IMG/VR virus record: IMGVR_UViG_3300020045_003209 | Coordinates: 1-41,204 of that record | Length of the DNA stretch: 41,204 bases | From: a virus | Lineage: Duplodnaviria; Caudoviricetes | Reading direction: 5' to 3' (one strand) | In this document: positions 25,821 to 36,813 of the stretch, one piece after another | Layout: each line of letters opens with the position of its first letter | How positions within the stretch are numbered: the first letter of the stretch is position 1 | Made by a program: the position numbers and the translations under genes | The notes under the pieces: model-generated | Told to the model about the DNA's origin: nothing | Database searches by the model: none | What the model saw: the letters and a program-made list of their open reading frames with translations, nothing else

Positions 25821-27862
25821 GTTATAGAATAGAAAAAACTCAAGAGGGAATAGATATTGTAATCTCAGAATGGGAAAAAGGTATTTCTAATAATCCTTAT
25901 CAAGGAATTGCTGATATGCGTAATGTTGATAATTCTACTATCCCTGGAGAAGTTTCTATATCAATGTCAACCCAAACAATTCAAACGCAAAGTGCTATTT
26001 CTGGGGTAACCTTCACGGTAGACGCAGGGACAAATGTATTTACTTATAACGGAACTATACCCTTAGAAATAAACACTGCTATTACATTCACTAATTCAGG
26101 AGGAGCATTACCCGCTGGACTTTCTGCTAATACTGCTTATTATATTATTTCAACCCCTACCCCAACAACTTTTACTGTATCAGAAATAAGTGCAGGTGGT
26201 GTAATAAAAGATGTAACTGGAGCAGGAAGTGGAACTAATACATTTTCAACTATCCAAATGGGTACACCTAAATACTTTACAGATTATATTTTAAATAGTT
26301 ATTATAGGTTTTATTTTATGTTAGATTCAAATGGGCGTGTTTGGGTTTATAACTCAAGTAATCTTGGAAATACAAATAATTGGATTTATTTGCATAATAA
26401 ATCCAATGAAACTTCAACTTCTGGACCTAATGGACTTCAAGCATATAAAGGATATTTATTCTGGTTTGATGCAACAACTATAAATACTATAAGAATAATT
26501 GACCCAACAACAATGTTAGCTTCGTTAAGTTATTTAAGTACTTTTGATAATTGGGTTATTTCATGGAAAACTCTAATATCAACCGCTCAATCAATAATTT
26601 CTCATTATTCTTTAGTAGGGCAAGATGATATAACTTATATATGTAATGGTAATAATGTTGCGTCAATAGGCGAAATACCAAGTTCATTATCTGCTACAAA
26701 TTATACATCTTTTAATATCGCAGAAACTCATACAGTAGCAGATGGAGTAACCACAAGTGGTTCTAAAAATATAACTACAGTTACAACTTTTTTTGCTAGT
26801 ACAGATGTTGGGGCAGTTATTGTTGGAACAGGAATACCAACAGGAGCATTTATTGCTTCTGTAACTAATAGTAAGGCCGCTGTTTTATCAGTCAATGCAA
26901 CTGGTTCTAGTTCTGGTTTAGATTTTACAATTACTAAATCATATTCATATAATGCTTCTGCTTTAGATGTTCCTCCTAATGAACAGACTACTTGTTTAGC
27001 TGAATTAGGACAAACACTTTTAATAGGTTCAGTTAGCAACAAAATATATCCTTGGGATAGAATATCTCCATCATTTAATTACCCTATTATGTTGTCAGAA
27101 AATTATGTTTCAAGAATGGTTACAGTAAACACAACGACATATATATTCTGTGGATATAGAGGCAGAATATATGTAACAAATGGTAGTAATGTTCAGTATG
27201 TTGATAGTATTTCTGATAATTTAAGTAAAGTTACTAGCCCATATTATATTTGGAAAGATGCTATTTTTAATCGTAACCAATTATATTTTGGTTTTAGTTG
27301 TACCGATAATTCTGGTAATACTATAAATGAATTTGGCGGACTTTGGACTATAGACTTAAAAACAAATAAAATAAGGATGTCTAATCAGATGTCTTATGGT
27401 ACATATTCAGGTTATGTTAGTGCTATTTTCCAAAACAATGGTAATTTTCAAGGAAATCCAAGCAATGATGGTTATGGATTATTTATAGGTTGGTATTCTG
27501 GTTCAGTAGGTGGAATAGATAAAACAATCTCAACCCCATATTCAACAGGACAGGCTTATATTATTACAGATATGATACCTGTGGCTACTAAGATTTATAA
27601 CAAAACTTTCTCACAAATAGAATGGAAACTTACAACTCCAATGGGGGTAGGAGATTCAATAAGTATTTATGCTAGAAAATCAAATAATACATCTTGGGGA
27701 ACAGTAATCAACACCACAAGTTATTTAGTAGCAGGACAACTTTCAAAGTACTTTGATTCAAATGTAGTAAATGCTGAATGGGTACAATTTAAAATAGTTT
27801 TATCAAGTGCAAGTTATACCGATGGAACAGGTATTCACTTCAAAGAACTAAGAATTCGTTAA
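25817..27862 (+). CDS. Tail nozzle/hub protein (P22 gp10-like, propeller with inserted beta domains)
   Basis: DMRNVD N-terminus, repeated beta blades, C-terminal EWVQFKIVL..FKELRIR. Confidence 0.65.
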   Translation: MSYRIEKTQEGIDIVISEWEKGISNNPYQGIADMRNVDNSTIPGEVSISMSTQTIQTQSAISGVTFTVDAGTNVFTYNGTIPLEINTAITFTNSGGALPAGLSANTAYYIISTPTPTTFTVSEISAGGVIKDVTGAGSGTNTFSTIQMGTPKYFTDYILNSYYRFYFMLDSNGRVWVYNSSNLGNTNNWIYLHNKSNETSTSGPNGLQAYKGYLFWFDATTINTIRIIDPTTMLASLSYLSTFDNWVISWKTLISTAQSIISHYSLVGQDDITYICNGNNVASIGEIPSSLSATNYTSFNIAETHTVADGVTTSGSKNITTVTTFFASTDVGAVIVGTGIPTGAFIASVTNSKAAVLSVNATGSSSGLDFTITKSYSYNASALDVPPNEQTTCLAELGQTLLIGSVSNKIYPWDRISPSFNYPIMLSENYVSRMVTVNTTTYIFCGYRGRIYVTNGSNVQYVDSISDNLSKVTSPYYIWKDAIFNRNQLYFGFSCTDNSGNTINEFGGLWTIDLKTNKIRMSNQMSYGTYSGYVSAIFQNNGNFQGNPSNDGYGLFIGWYSGSVGGIDKTISTPYSTGQAYIITDMIPVATKIYNKTFSQIEWKLTTPMGVGDSISIYARKSNNTSWGTVINTTSYLVAGQLSKYFDSNVVNAEWVQFKIVLSSASYTDGTGIHFKELRIR

Positions 27863-27866
27863 ATAT

Positions 27867-28292
27867 ATGGATGAACAAAATTTAAACAAAATAATAGACC
27901 AAAGAATACAGAATTATATGACTCAAAAACAATTTAATTTGAGTAAAATTCCTAATCACGAACATAATGGTACTGATACTCCTAATATACCTATTTCTAG
28001 TATTAAAGAATCAATAATTATAAATGGAAAAACTAATGGAGTATTTAATTCTGATATTTTAGATACACAAAAAGTAAATCTTGAATATACTTCAAATATA
28101 CCTAATCCTAAAACTATTTCAATGTTACCTATAAATGTAATTTATGGATATGGTGTGGGTGTTCACAGTGCTTTTAACGGAGGAGATGCTGAAGTTGGAA
28201 CAATGATATTTTTTGATAATGCTACAAATTCTCGTCTTTGGATTAAAACAATAAATGGATGGTATGGAATACCGTACGATATGACAGCATAA
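27867..28292 (+). CDS. Tail-associated hypothetical protein
   Basis: HEHNGTDT His motif typical of trimeric fibres; RLWIKTINGW. Confidence 0.6.
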   Translation: MDEQNLNKIIDQRIQNYMTQKQFNLSKIPNHEHNGTDTPNIPISSIKESIIINGKTNGVFNSDILDTQKVNLEYTSNIPNPKTISMLPINVIYGYGVGVHSAFNGGDAEVGTMIFFDNATNSRLWIKTINGWYGIPYDMTA

Positions 28293-28313
28293 TTATTATT
28301 AACTTTAAATAAA

Positions 28314-29297
28314 ATGAGAACTTTTACAACATACTTACAAAATTACAAAGATTTAACAAAAAACCAAGATTCAACAAATGAAACTCTTGGGACTACACTT
28401 ATTAATGATAGTATTCGTACTATTTGTAATCTTCAGGGTGGAAAACTTCGCTTTTTAGAAGATACATCTAACCAATATACTCAAGCAGGAGTAGAAACAT
28501 ATCAAATACCTAATAAGTTCAGAAAACTTATCGACCTGTCTATTTATAGTGGTTCAGGTGGAACTTCAAATACTGTATATATGCCTGAAATGATATTTGA
28601 CCCAACTAAATGGAAACTTATTCAAGCATATCGTCTTGGTACTTCAAATGTTCCATATTTTACTTATGTAATGAATAAAACATATAGTATTAAACCAATT
28701 CCTGCAACAACAGGTAACCTTATATTACTTCGTGGAAGATTAAATGTAAAAGACCTATCTATCGCAGACTACACAACTGGAAATATCGTATCTATCGCAA
28801 ATGCAGGGACTTCAATAATAGGAAGCGGAACTGTTTGGACTGCTGATATGGTAGGAAGATATATTAAAATAACTGAAACTACTGCCGTGGGTGGTGGAGA
28901 TGGAATGTGGTATGAAATTAGTGCTTATGTAAGCGCTACTGAAATAACTTTAACAAAACCTTATGAAGGAACATCTATTGTTGCTGGTTCTGCTTCATAT
29001 ACAATAGGACAATGTTCTGTAATACCAGAAGCTTATGATATAGCTGTTGTTTATCGTTCTTGTGCTTTATATTGGCAACAACAAGGTAATCTAGCAAATG
29101 CAAAAACATATTGGATGATGTATGATGGAGGTATGGAAGCTGGATATAGAAATGATTATGGTGGAATTATTCAACAGATGCTTGATAATGAAGGAGAAAC
29201 AGAAGAGGGAGGATACATACCTCCGTTTGGTACACAAAATAACATTGTGTCGGGTGTGCCATATTGGTATCCATGGCAGGGAGCTTCAGGTTTCTAA
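28314..29297 (+). CDS. Head-tail adaptor protein
   Basis: LINDSIRTI..AGVETYQIP..IKPIPAT..IPEAYDIAVVY pattern. Confidence 0.7.
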   Translation: MRTFTTYLQNYKDLTKNQDSTNETLGTTLINDSIRTICNLQGGKLRFLEDTSNQYTQAGVETYQIPNKFRKLIDLSIYSGSGGTSNTVYMPEMIFDPTKWKLIQAYRLGTSNVPYFTYVMNKTYSIKPIPATTGNLILLRGRLNVKDLSIADYTTGNIVSIANAGTSIIGSGTVWTADMVGRYIKITETTAVGGGDGMWYEISAYVSATEITLTKPYEGTSIVAGSASYTIGQCSVIPEAYDIAVVYRSCALYWQQQGNLANAKTYWMMYDGGMEAGYRNDYGGIIQQMLDNEGETEEGGYIPPFGTQNNIVSGVPYWYPWQGASGF

Positions 29298-29316
29298 TTA
29301 ATAATAAAATAAATAT

Positions 29317-31062
29317 ATGGAAAACTTCTTAAAAAACATAAAAAATATACCAGTTCCAGCAATTAATAATCTTAAAAAGCCTGTTAATTCAACTCCATCA
29401 GCAAACAATGGAGCTACTACAACAATTCCAACATTGCTTAGACCATTATCAAGTACTTCTTCGGTAGTTAAAACTCCTGCGGCTCAAACTTATATCCAAA
29501 ATCAAAAACAAAATACTCCAACAACACCAACCATAAATCCCTCATATGATAATACTACAGGTCTTTTAACTGATTATGGACGAAGTCAAGGACTTCCAGA
29601 GGTAAATAAGCCTACTTCAACAACTACAACCCCTATAAACTCAACACAGACATCTACAGAAGCAACTACAAGTAATACTACAACACCATCTGCAACAGAT
29701 ACAGCATTTCAAGCATATATAAAATCTTTAATGCCAAGTACAGATGTAACAAACGCTAAAACAAAATATAATGACGCAGTAATAGCAAGAGATACTTCAC
29801 TTCAAGGAATACAAGACCAAACTATACCTATGGGATTTATTACAGGACAACAGCAAAGTGTTGCAAATCGTTCTGGAATTGAATTAAATAGACTTCAAGG
29901 AGATATTGGATTGGCTCAAGATACACAGAAAGGATTACAAGATATTGGAAAAGCTGGATTTGATTATGCACAATCAAAAGATAAACAAAATGAACCTATT
30001 TCGGTTGGGGGACAACTATATCAAAAACAACCAGATGGAACATATAAATCTGTTGCTGGTGGTGCAGGTGCTGAAGGATTTACTCTTGGAAAAGACCAAG
30101 TCAGATATGATGCACAAGGAAATGTAATTGCAACTGGTGCAGGAGCAGGAACAAACAATGAAGCTCCTGTAATTAAAACTTTTGGACAAACTGACTATTC
30201 TTGGAATCCTGATACTAAAGAATGGGACCCAGTTACTACCAGTGATACTTCTCCACAAGCTAAAATAGATAAAGCTAATAAATTATTAACTGACATTGAA
30301 ACTCTTAAAAACACCAAAGGATTTCAGGGAGCAGTTGGAGCAAAAGGATTATCTAGTTTATTTGGATTAAAAGGAACACCAATAGCTGGTTCAAAGTCTG
30401 CAGATTATAGAGCAAGACTTGATTCTATTAAGGGTCAATTAACTCTTGAAAATATGGGAGTTATGAAAGGTGTTCTATCTGATTCTGATATTAAAATAAT
30501 TACTTCCGCTTCTAGTGCTTTAAGTCCTGATATGTCTGAAACAGAATTTAAAAAAGAATTACAAAAAATAGAAGATGTAATGAAAAAAGTAGTAGAAAAA
30601 AGTGGACAACAAGAAAACATATCTTCTGATGAAGAAGCATATCTAAAAAGTAAAGGGTATTCAGATGCAGAGATTAAATCTTTAAAGGGTTTTAACTCCG
30701 TTGGAAATACGACAGCTTCCAATATCCCCCAGAAAAATAAGAATCCAGGAAATGTAAAACAAGGTGGAGTGGCAGATAGTCTTGCAATAGGAATGGATAA
30801 TCAAGGACATCTTATATTCCCAGATGAAGAAACAGGATTTAAAGCTATGCAGATGGATATAGAAGCTAAAATTAAAGGAAATAGTAAATATCTACCAGCA
30901 AATCCAACAATAGCACAATTAGGTAAAGTATATGCAGAAGACCCAAACTGGAGTAATAATGTAGCAAAGATATTAGGAGTGACGACCTTAACACCAACAA
31001 ATAAGATTCCGATTAGTAATTTAGTTAAAGCTATCGCTCGTCAAGAGGGATACTACGCATAA
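29317..31062 (+). CDS. Internal virion/ejection protein with C-terminal lysozyme-like domain
   Basis: Low-complexity T/Q body; KGVLSDSDIKII; NKNPGNVK..FPDEETGFKAM..YAEDPNW..AIARQEG. Confidence 0.7.
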   Translation: MENFLKNIKNIPVPAINNLKKPVNSTPSANNGATTTIPTLLRPLSSTSSVVKTPAAQTYIQNQKQNTPTTPTINPSYDNTTGLLTDYGRSQGLPEVNKPTSTTTTPINSTQTSTEATTSNTTTPSATDTAFQAYIKSLMPSTDVTNAKTKYNDAVIARDTSLQGIQDQTIPMGFITGQQQSVANRSGIELNRLQGDIGLAQDTQKGLQDIGKAGFDYAQSKDKQNEPISVGGQLYQKQPDGTYKSVAGGAGAEGFTLGKDQVRYDAQGNVIATGAGAGTNNEAPVIKTFGQTDYSWNPDTKEWDPVTTSDTSPQAKIDKANKLLTDIETLKNTKGFQGAVGAKGLSSLFGLKGTPIAGSKSADYRARLDSIKGQLTLENMGVMKGVLSDSDIKIITSASSALSPDMSETEFKKELQKIEDVMKKVVEKSGQQENISSDEEAYLKSKGYSDAEIKSLKGFNSVGNTTASNIPQKNKNPGNVKQGGVADSLAIGMDNQGHLIFPDEETGFKAMQMDIEAKIKGNSKYLPANPTIAQLGKVYAEDPNWSNNVAKILGVTTLTPTNKIPISNLVKAIARQEGYYA

Positions 31063-31064
31063 TT

Positions 31065-32651
31065 ATGGATAATACACAAATAAAAGCTGACTTAGAAGCA
31101 TATAGAGCATTAAAGAAGTCTACAAGCCCTGTGGACACTATTTCTAGTACAACACCTAGTAATTTAACAACTAGAGATATAAAGACTGATTTGGCTCAAT
31201 ATAGGGCTTCGAAAATTACTACACCAACACCAAAAACACAAGAAAAAACTGGTATGGAAAAAGTAGGAGGTGTATTAAACTCTATATTTGGTGGTGGAAA
31301 AATTGGAGAACTTATTGGAACTCAAATAGCAAAATCAAAAGCAACAGAAGAAGAAAAGAAATATATAACTGGACCAAAAGCAAGTGAAGTCGTTGGAGAT
31401 ATAGGGAATGTTGCTTTAAACTTTGCTCCAGTTGGTAAAATTGCTAAAGGATTAAAAGTTGGTGGAACTGCTTTAAAACTTGGTAAAATTGCAGAACCAT
31501 TATCTAAAATTGCAACTGGTGCTGGTATGGGATATGGAGTAGATGTTGTAAAAAATTTATCTGAAGGAAAAGAACAACCATTTAAACCTGGTGCAGGAAC
31601 TGGTATTGGAGCTGGAATTAGTGCATTGCCAATAGTTGGTAAACCAGTATCAAAATTATTAGGGTCAGCAACCAAAGGAATAGGCTCTGCTCTTTCTGGT
31701 GTTTCAGAAGATACTATTGGATTAATAAATAAAAATTCTAAAGTTGCAAAAGATACAGTTAAAACAATTAAAAAATTGGGACAGGAACAAATTTTAAAAA
31801 ATAATGTTAATGATTATGTAACTGGAATGACAAAGTTTAAGAAAACTGCAAGTGTTAAATTTGGTAAGGCTCTTGAATCGTTATCAAAAACAGATATAGA
31901 TGAAAACTTAATTAAAAATAGTGGATTAGAAGCTTTAACTAACAATGGGGTAAAAATAAAAAATGGTATATTAGATTTAACTGATTCTGAAATACTAAAT
32001 CCAATTTTACAGAAAAGAGCATTAAATATAATAAATACAGTCAATAAAACTCCATTTTTAGATGGAAAAACAATAAGAGAGAGTATTAAACGAATTGAAA
32101 CATCTAAAATAAAGAATCCTGGGATAGACCCAGATAGACTAGCTTTTAATAAATTATTAGATAATTTAATTAGTGGATTTACTAGTGCAATATCTAAAGC
32201 AACCCCTAAACTAGCAAAAGCTAATTTAGCTTATTCTCAGTCTAAGGGACTTGCAGATGCTACCCAAAATATATTAGGCAAATTAAAATTTAAAACTTTA
32301 CCAGAAAAATTAGCGGTATCTAAAAAGATTGAAGGTATATTAACAGAACCAGGTATATCAAAAAGTGTTCTAACAGATTTCTTTAAGTCAGTTGGACAAG
32401 ATTATGAAAAATTTAAAACTAAAGAAGCGGTAAGACAAATATCAAATAAAACATTAGAAAAAAATTCTATTGGTACTAATCCATTTGAAATAGTAAGAGT
32501 TTTAACATCAAAAATAGTTACTCCAAAAGTCGTTAGAGACCTTGCTATTTTAACTGGTCAAACTGAAAATTATATAAAAAATCTACATTTAGAAAATTTA
32601 AGTATAGGTAAAAGAGCTATATTAATTAGAAGTTTAATATCACAAGAATAA
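31065..32651 (+). CDS. Internal virion/ejection protein
   Basis: Gly-rich amphipathic segments (GAGTGIGAGI), basic helical C-half. Confidence 0.65.
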   Translation: MDNTQIKADLEAYRALKKSTSPVDTISSTTPSNLTTRDIKTDLAQYRASKITTPTPKTQEKTGMEKVGGVLNSIFGGGKIGELIGTQIAKSKATEEEKKYITGPKASEVVGDIGNVALNFAPVGKIAKGLKVGGTALKLGKIAEPLSKIATGAGMGYGVDVVKNLSEGKEQPFKPGAGTGIGAGISALPIVGKPVSKLLGSATKGIGSALSGVSEDTIGLINKNSKVAKDTVKTIKKLGQEQILKNNVNDYVTGMTKFKKTASVKFGKALESLSKTDIDENLIKNSGLEALTNNGVKIKNGILDLTDSEILNPILQKRALNIINTVNKTPFLDGKTIRESIKRIETSKIKNPGIDPDRLAFNKLLDNLISGFTSAISKATPKLAKANLAYSQSKGLADATQNILGKLKFKTLPEKLAVSKKIEGILTEPGISKSVLTDFFKSVGQDYEKFKTKEAVRQISNKTLEKNSIGTNPFEIVRVLTSKIVTPKVVRDLAILTGQTENYIKNLHLENLSIGKRAILIRSLISQE

Positions 32652-32653
32652 TT

Positions 32654-35362
32654 ATGGACGAAACACTAAAAAGAGACCAAAATCATATAACCGTACTAGC
32701 AGGAATTGAAAATGATTCTGATGGTTTTATTAGAATGCTTAGAGTTGACCCAATTACTAAACGATTATTAATACAAGCAGATTTAACTACGGTTACTGTT
32801 ACTTCTTTTAATGGATTAGTTGGAGCGGTGACCATATCGGCTGGTACTAATATACAATTCACAACAGTTGGAAATAATATACAAATAACTGCGTTAAATG
32901 ATGCAACCGCTGTCTGGGGTTCTATTACTGGTACAATTACTACACAAACTGACTTGATGAATAATTTTCTATATAAACCTGGAATCACAGGCGGTCAAAC
33001 AGCTATCGGAGGCACAGGCGTAACCGACATCTTAAAACTTCAAGGCACAACAGGTAACGGAACTCTAACCTCCCCTGCTATTCAAGCATTAGTTGGGAAT
33101 AATGGAGCAACTGTGGCGTGGACTGTTTTAAATAATGGAAATATGGGGATAGGAACAACGAGTCCAACAAACTCACTATCATTTGGTAATTCTACTACTA
33201 GAAAAATATGGATAGAAGATAGTGCTACAGGAACTTCAGGAAAAGCTTTAACTATTGCAGCTGGGGGAACTACTGCAGGAACTTTAAATATAAATGGTGG
33301 AGGGTTAGTTATTTCTTCTGGAGCAGGAACAGGAGCTGGTTCTTCTACAATTTCATTTCAAACAGGGACAACTCTTGGTGCTGTTACAACTTTGCAAACC
33401 TTAGAAACTAAAATGACGATTTTAGGTAGTGGAAATGTTGGGATTGGAACGACAAGTCCAGGGGTAAAATTGCACGTTGTTGGTGCTGGACCTCAATTAA
33501 AATTAGAAAACACCGTTGCTACAAGTGCAGTCTATACTCAAATTACTAATACAGGAGGAAACTCATATTTTGGAGCGGAAAATAGTGCAGGGACAGGATT
33601 GATAGGAACTGATGGATTACCTTATGCTGCTGCCTTTGGACATTCTGGAGCATATCCTGCTCAAATCTTTACCAGCAATGCAGCTCGTATGACTGTCTTA
33701 GCTAATGGTAATATAGGAATTGGAACCACAAATCCAACCCATAAATTACAAGTTAGACCAACAACTGATATTAATATCCTTTTTGGTATAGGATCTGATG
33801 ATGCGACAGCAGGAAGAATAACTACATTAAACGATTCTCTAGCTCTTATCCCTATGGAGCTTAGAGCTAGTAAATATAATTTTACAATAGGTAACGTTGG
33901 AATTGGGACGACAGCACCAGCAGAATCATTACATATTAAAGCAAATGAAACTGGAGCGGGTACTTCTCTTTTTAGATTAGACAATGGTGGAACAATTAGT
34001 AATGAAGTTGGTATGGAATTTTGGACTTCTCCCTCTGATGCTACCTCTTCAAGTCGTTCAGGACGTATATATTCAAAATGGGATGGTAGTAGTTATATTG
34101 ATTCACGATTAACTTTCCAATCAATGACAACAGGAAATGTTTTAGTTGATACGATGTCACTAAAAAATGGAAACGTTGGTATTGGAAATACAAATCCATA
34201 TTCACTTTTGGAACTATCTAAAGATTCTGCAAATGCAATAGCAACTGTTTCTTCATTTCATGATACCGAAGCAACATATCCAGCACTACTTTTAAGAAAA
34301 GCAGATGGAAGTCGTGCTACTCCAGGAGCAGTAGATGATAATGCAATTATCGGTGCTGTTAGGTTTGCTGGGTATGACGGAGATGAGTTTATTGATGGAG
34401 CTTTAATTCAAGGAGTTGCAGAAGGGAATGCAAGTAATAATGTGGTTCCTGGACAGCTAAGATTTTATACAAATGCAGGAGGGTCTTCTGTTACAGAAAG
34501 AATGAGAATAGATAAACTTGGAAATGTGGGAATAGGAATAACTCCAACTGCTACTTTACATCTAAGAGCAGGAACAGCCACGGCTTCTACAGCTCCATTG
34601 AAGTTTACAAGCGGGACATTACTTACCAATCCAGAAGCAGGAACTATGGAGTTTTTGACTGATAAATTCTATCTAACACAAACTACTGGAGATACTCGCA
34701 AAGAAATAAAACTTGTAGACCAATACTATGCAGAAATGTATGAATATGAAAATACAAACCCAACAACAATAGGAACACAAGATGTATATCATGCTGTCAA
34801 TGATTTTACCGCTGGTTTACTTTCTGGCTTTACCTTTACATCAGGAATAGAGGGAAGTATTGCAAGCGTATCTGATTATTCAGGAACAGTAGCAGGAACA
34901 ATTCTAATTACAGATGTTGCACATGGACTACTTACTGGAGATATCATAACCATACACGCTACAACAGATTACAATGGAACATACTCAATTACTAAGGTTA
35001 CAAATGATACTTTCTATGTAACTAAAGCATATACATCATCTCAAACAGGAGAATGGGCAATGGGTTCATATCTAAAGGTAGCAACTGGAGCAGATGGAGT
35101 ATACAGAGTTTCAATGAATAATACAGCATTATCAGCAAACTCAAATGAAGTATTTAAGTTTGAAATGAACAAAAACATAACCCCTCTTGATAATACAGCT
35201 GTCTCTCGCAAATTTGGTGCAGCGGGAGATTATGGTGCATTAGCTTCGTCTGGTTTAGTTTCTTTAGTAGCTGGAGATAGAGTGTGGTTATCAGTTAAAA
35301 ATAATACAAGTGGGGCAAACATTACAATTCGTCATTGTAATGTAAACATTAAAAGAAATTAA
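32654..35362 (+). CDS. Long tail fibre/receptor-binding protein with N-terminal KRDxN module
   Basis: Six GN(V/M/I)GIG repeats; C-terminal beta-sandwich GLVSLVAGDRVWLSV. Confidence 0.85.
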   Translation: MDETLKRDQNHITVLAGIENDSDGFIRMLRVDPITKRLLIQADLTTVTVTSFNGLVGAVTISAGTNIQFTTVGNNIQITALNDATAVWGSITGTITTQTDLMNNFLYKPGITGGQTAIGGTGVTDILKLQGTTGNGTLTSPAIQALVGNNGATVAWTVLNNGNMGIGTTSPTNSLSFGNSTTRKIWIEDSATGTSGKALTIAAGGTTAGTLNINGGGLVISSGAGTGAGSSTISFQTGTTLGAVTTLQTLETKMTILGSGNVGIGTTSPGVKLHVVGAGPQLKLENTVATSAVYTQITNTGGNSYFGAENSAGTGLIGTDGLPYAAAFGHSGAYPAQIFTSNAARMTVLANGNIGIGTTNPTHKLQVRPTTDINILFGIGSDDATAGRITTLNDSLALIPMELRASKYNFTIGNVGIGTTAPAESLHIKANETGAGTSLFRLDNGGTISNEVGMEFWTSPSDATSSSRSGRIYSKWDGSSYIDSRLTFQSMTTGNVLVDTMSLKNGNVGIGNTNPYSLLELSKDSANAIATVSSFHDTEATYPALLLRKADGSRATPGAVDDNAIIGAVRFAGYDGDEFIDGALIQGVAEGNASNNVVPGQLRFYTNAGGSSVTERMRIDKLGNVGIGITPTATLHLRAGTATASTAPLKFTSGTLLTNPEAGTMEFLTDKFYLTQTTGDTRKEIKLVDQYYAEMYEYENTNPTTIGTQDVYHAVNDFTAGLLSGFTFTSGIEGSIASVSDYSGTVAGTILITDVAHGLLTGDIITIHATTDYNGTYSITKVTNDTFYVTKAYTSSQTGEWAMGSYLKVATGADGVYRVSMNNTALSANSNEVFKFEMNKNITPLDNTAVSRKFGAAGDYGALASSGLVSLVAGDRVWLSVKNNTSGANITIRHCNVNIKRN

Positions 35363-35374
35363 TATAAGTAATAT

Positions 35375-35692
35375 ATGGGAAATACAAAATATAGGTTTGA
35401 GGATGGGATATTAAAAATTAAATTTAATTTTGATGAAGTTCAAACAACTTTATTCAAAGAATCTTATGGTTATCCAGCTGAAATAGATAACCCTGATTAT
35501 GATGAAAATAATCCTGAAAGTTTGAAAACAATAACTAATGATATGCCATTAGAAGTTTTCTGGGCTTTATATCACGCTAATGAAATGGATAACAGGATGA
35601 AAGCTCAACATAAGTCTAAAAAACAATCTGAATTAGAAGCAGAATGTTGTAACATTGTCAATGTAACACCAACAGAAGATGAAACACTATAA
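35375..35692 (+). CDS. Putative tail fibre assembly protein
   Basis: Small acidic ORF after fibre; IDNPDYDENNPES. Confidence 0.5.
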   Translation: MGNTKYRFEDGILKIKFNFDEVQTTLFKESYGYPAEIDNPDYDENNPESLKTITNDMPLEVFWALYHANEMDNRMKAQHKSKKQSELEAECCNIVNVTPTEDETL

Positions 35693-35870
35693 ACCAATTA
35701 AAATTAAAATGATAAGAAAACTTGAAAAAGGTAAGTGGGTATGGGTTATTGTTATAAGTGTATTTGTTTTATTTATGGTCGGTACTTTTTATTTCTTAAA
35801 TAAAATTGATAAAAATATACAAGCGGTAAATAATACTATTACAAGTTGGGATGTAACACTAGAGAATTAA
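35679..35870 (+). CDS. Single-pass membrane protein
   Basis: WVWVIVISVFVLFMVGTFYFL. Confidence 0.6.
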   Translation: MKHYKPIKIKMIRKLEKGKWVWVIVISVFVLFMVGTFYFLNKIDKNIQAVNNTITSWDVTLEN

Positions 35871-35874
35871 TCTT

Positions 35875-36135
35875 ATGGAGGGATATTCAATTAAAGAAAT
35901 AATACAAGAGTTCAGAGATGAGGTTAAGGGGAGATTTGACAAAGTTGACGAAGCTCAAGCCCATACCAATGGAGATGTAAAAGCTTTAAAAGTTTGGCGT
36001 GGATTTATCACAGGAGGGCTAGCTGTTATTACAGTAATTGTTGTCCCTTTGGTAATATACATTTACACAGAACAACAAAATACCACAAAATTATTATCAA
36101 CAATTAATACAAAAACAACTTATGGCGACAAATAA
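35875..36135 (+). CDS. Holin-like/XhlA-like membrane protein
   Basis: Coiled coil, HTNGDV..L..W, then TM helix; lysis context. Confidence 0.6.
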   Translation: MEGYSIKEIIQEFRDEVKGRFDKVDEAQAHTNGDVKALKVWRGFITGGLAVITVIVVPLVIYIYTEQQNTTKLLSTINTKTTYGDK

Positions 36136-36265
36136 TAGAAAATTATATATAACAAGCAAGAAAGCAACGAGTACTTCTCCTAAAATAGTTATTAGTAAAA
36201 GAAAATATATAGTCCCAAGACCTAGTAGATTTAAGAGTACAGGTCAAAAGGGTTATTTAGTATAA
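36122..36265 (+). CDS. Small basic protein (47 aa)
   Basis: MATNNRKLYITSKKA...; stop 1 nt before amidase ATG. Confidence 0.5.
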   Translation: MATNNRKLYITSKKATSTSPKIVISKRKYIVPRPSRFKSTGQKGYLV

Positions 36266-36266
36266 T

Positions 36267-36812
36267 ATGAATATAATAAAAAAATTATCACCAAACTTTA
36301 GCAGTAGAGATACATACAAACCAGAAATTATTGTTGTCCACATTTCTGCTGGTACTTTAGATTCTATGACATCGTGGTTTTCAACAAAAGATTCTCAAGT
36401 TTCTGCCCATTACGGAGTAGGAAAAGATGGTAGAATTATGCAATATGTAGAAGAAGCAAACAAAGCGTGGCACGCAGGAAATGTTAGAAATCCATCATTT
36501 AAACTTTATAAGCAAGGTATTAATCCAAATAATTACACTATTGGTATAGAAAACGAGGGTATGGATTTAGCCCAAGCCTCAGAGTTGCAACTAAATACTC
36601 TGTGTGAACTAATCAAGGATATTTGTTTACGCTGGGGTATAAAAATATCAAGAGATACAATTATTGGACATTATCAAATAGATGGTGTAGTCAAAGCAAA
36701 TTGTCCATCTCCTGACCATAATGTGATAGATAGATTAATCATGCCTAGATTAATTACAGTAGATAAAAATAGTATCAAGTCACAAATTATTAACTTATTA
36801 AATCAATTATAA
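36267..36812 (+). CDS. Endolysin, N-acetylmuramoyl-L-alanine amidase (Amidase_2)
   Basis: IVVH, SAHY, AWHAG, N..TIGIE, IIGH..CP. Confidence 0.93.
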   Translation: MNIIKKLSPNFSSRDTYKPEIIVVHISAGTLDSMTSWFSTKDSQVSAHYGVGKDGRIMQYVEEANKAWHAGNVRNPSFKLYKQGINPNNYTIGIENEGMDLAQASELQLNTLCELIKDICLRWGIKISRDTIIGHYQIDGVVKANCPSPDHNVIDRLIMPRLITVDKNSIKSQIINLLNQL

Positions 36813-36813
36813 T

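Noticed and set aside
32654-35362. Diversity-generating retroelement or invertible fibre cassette
   Set aside because: No reverse transcriptase, invertase or adenine-variable TR/VR pair seen
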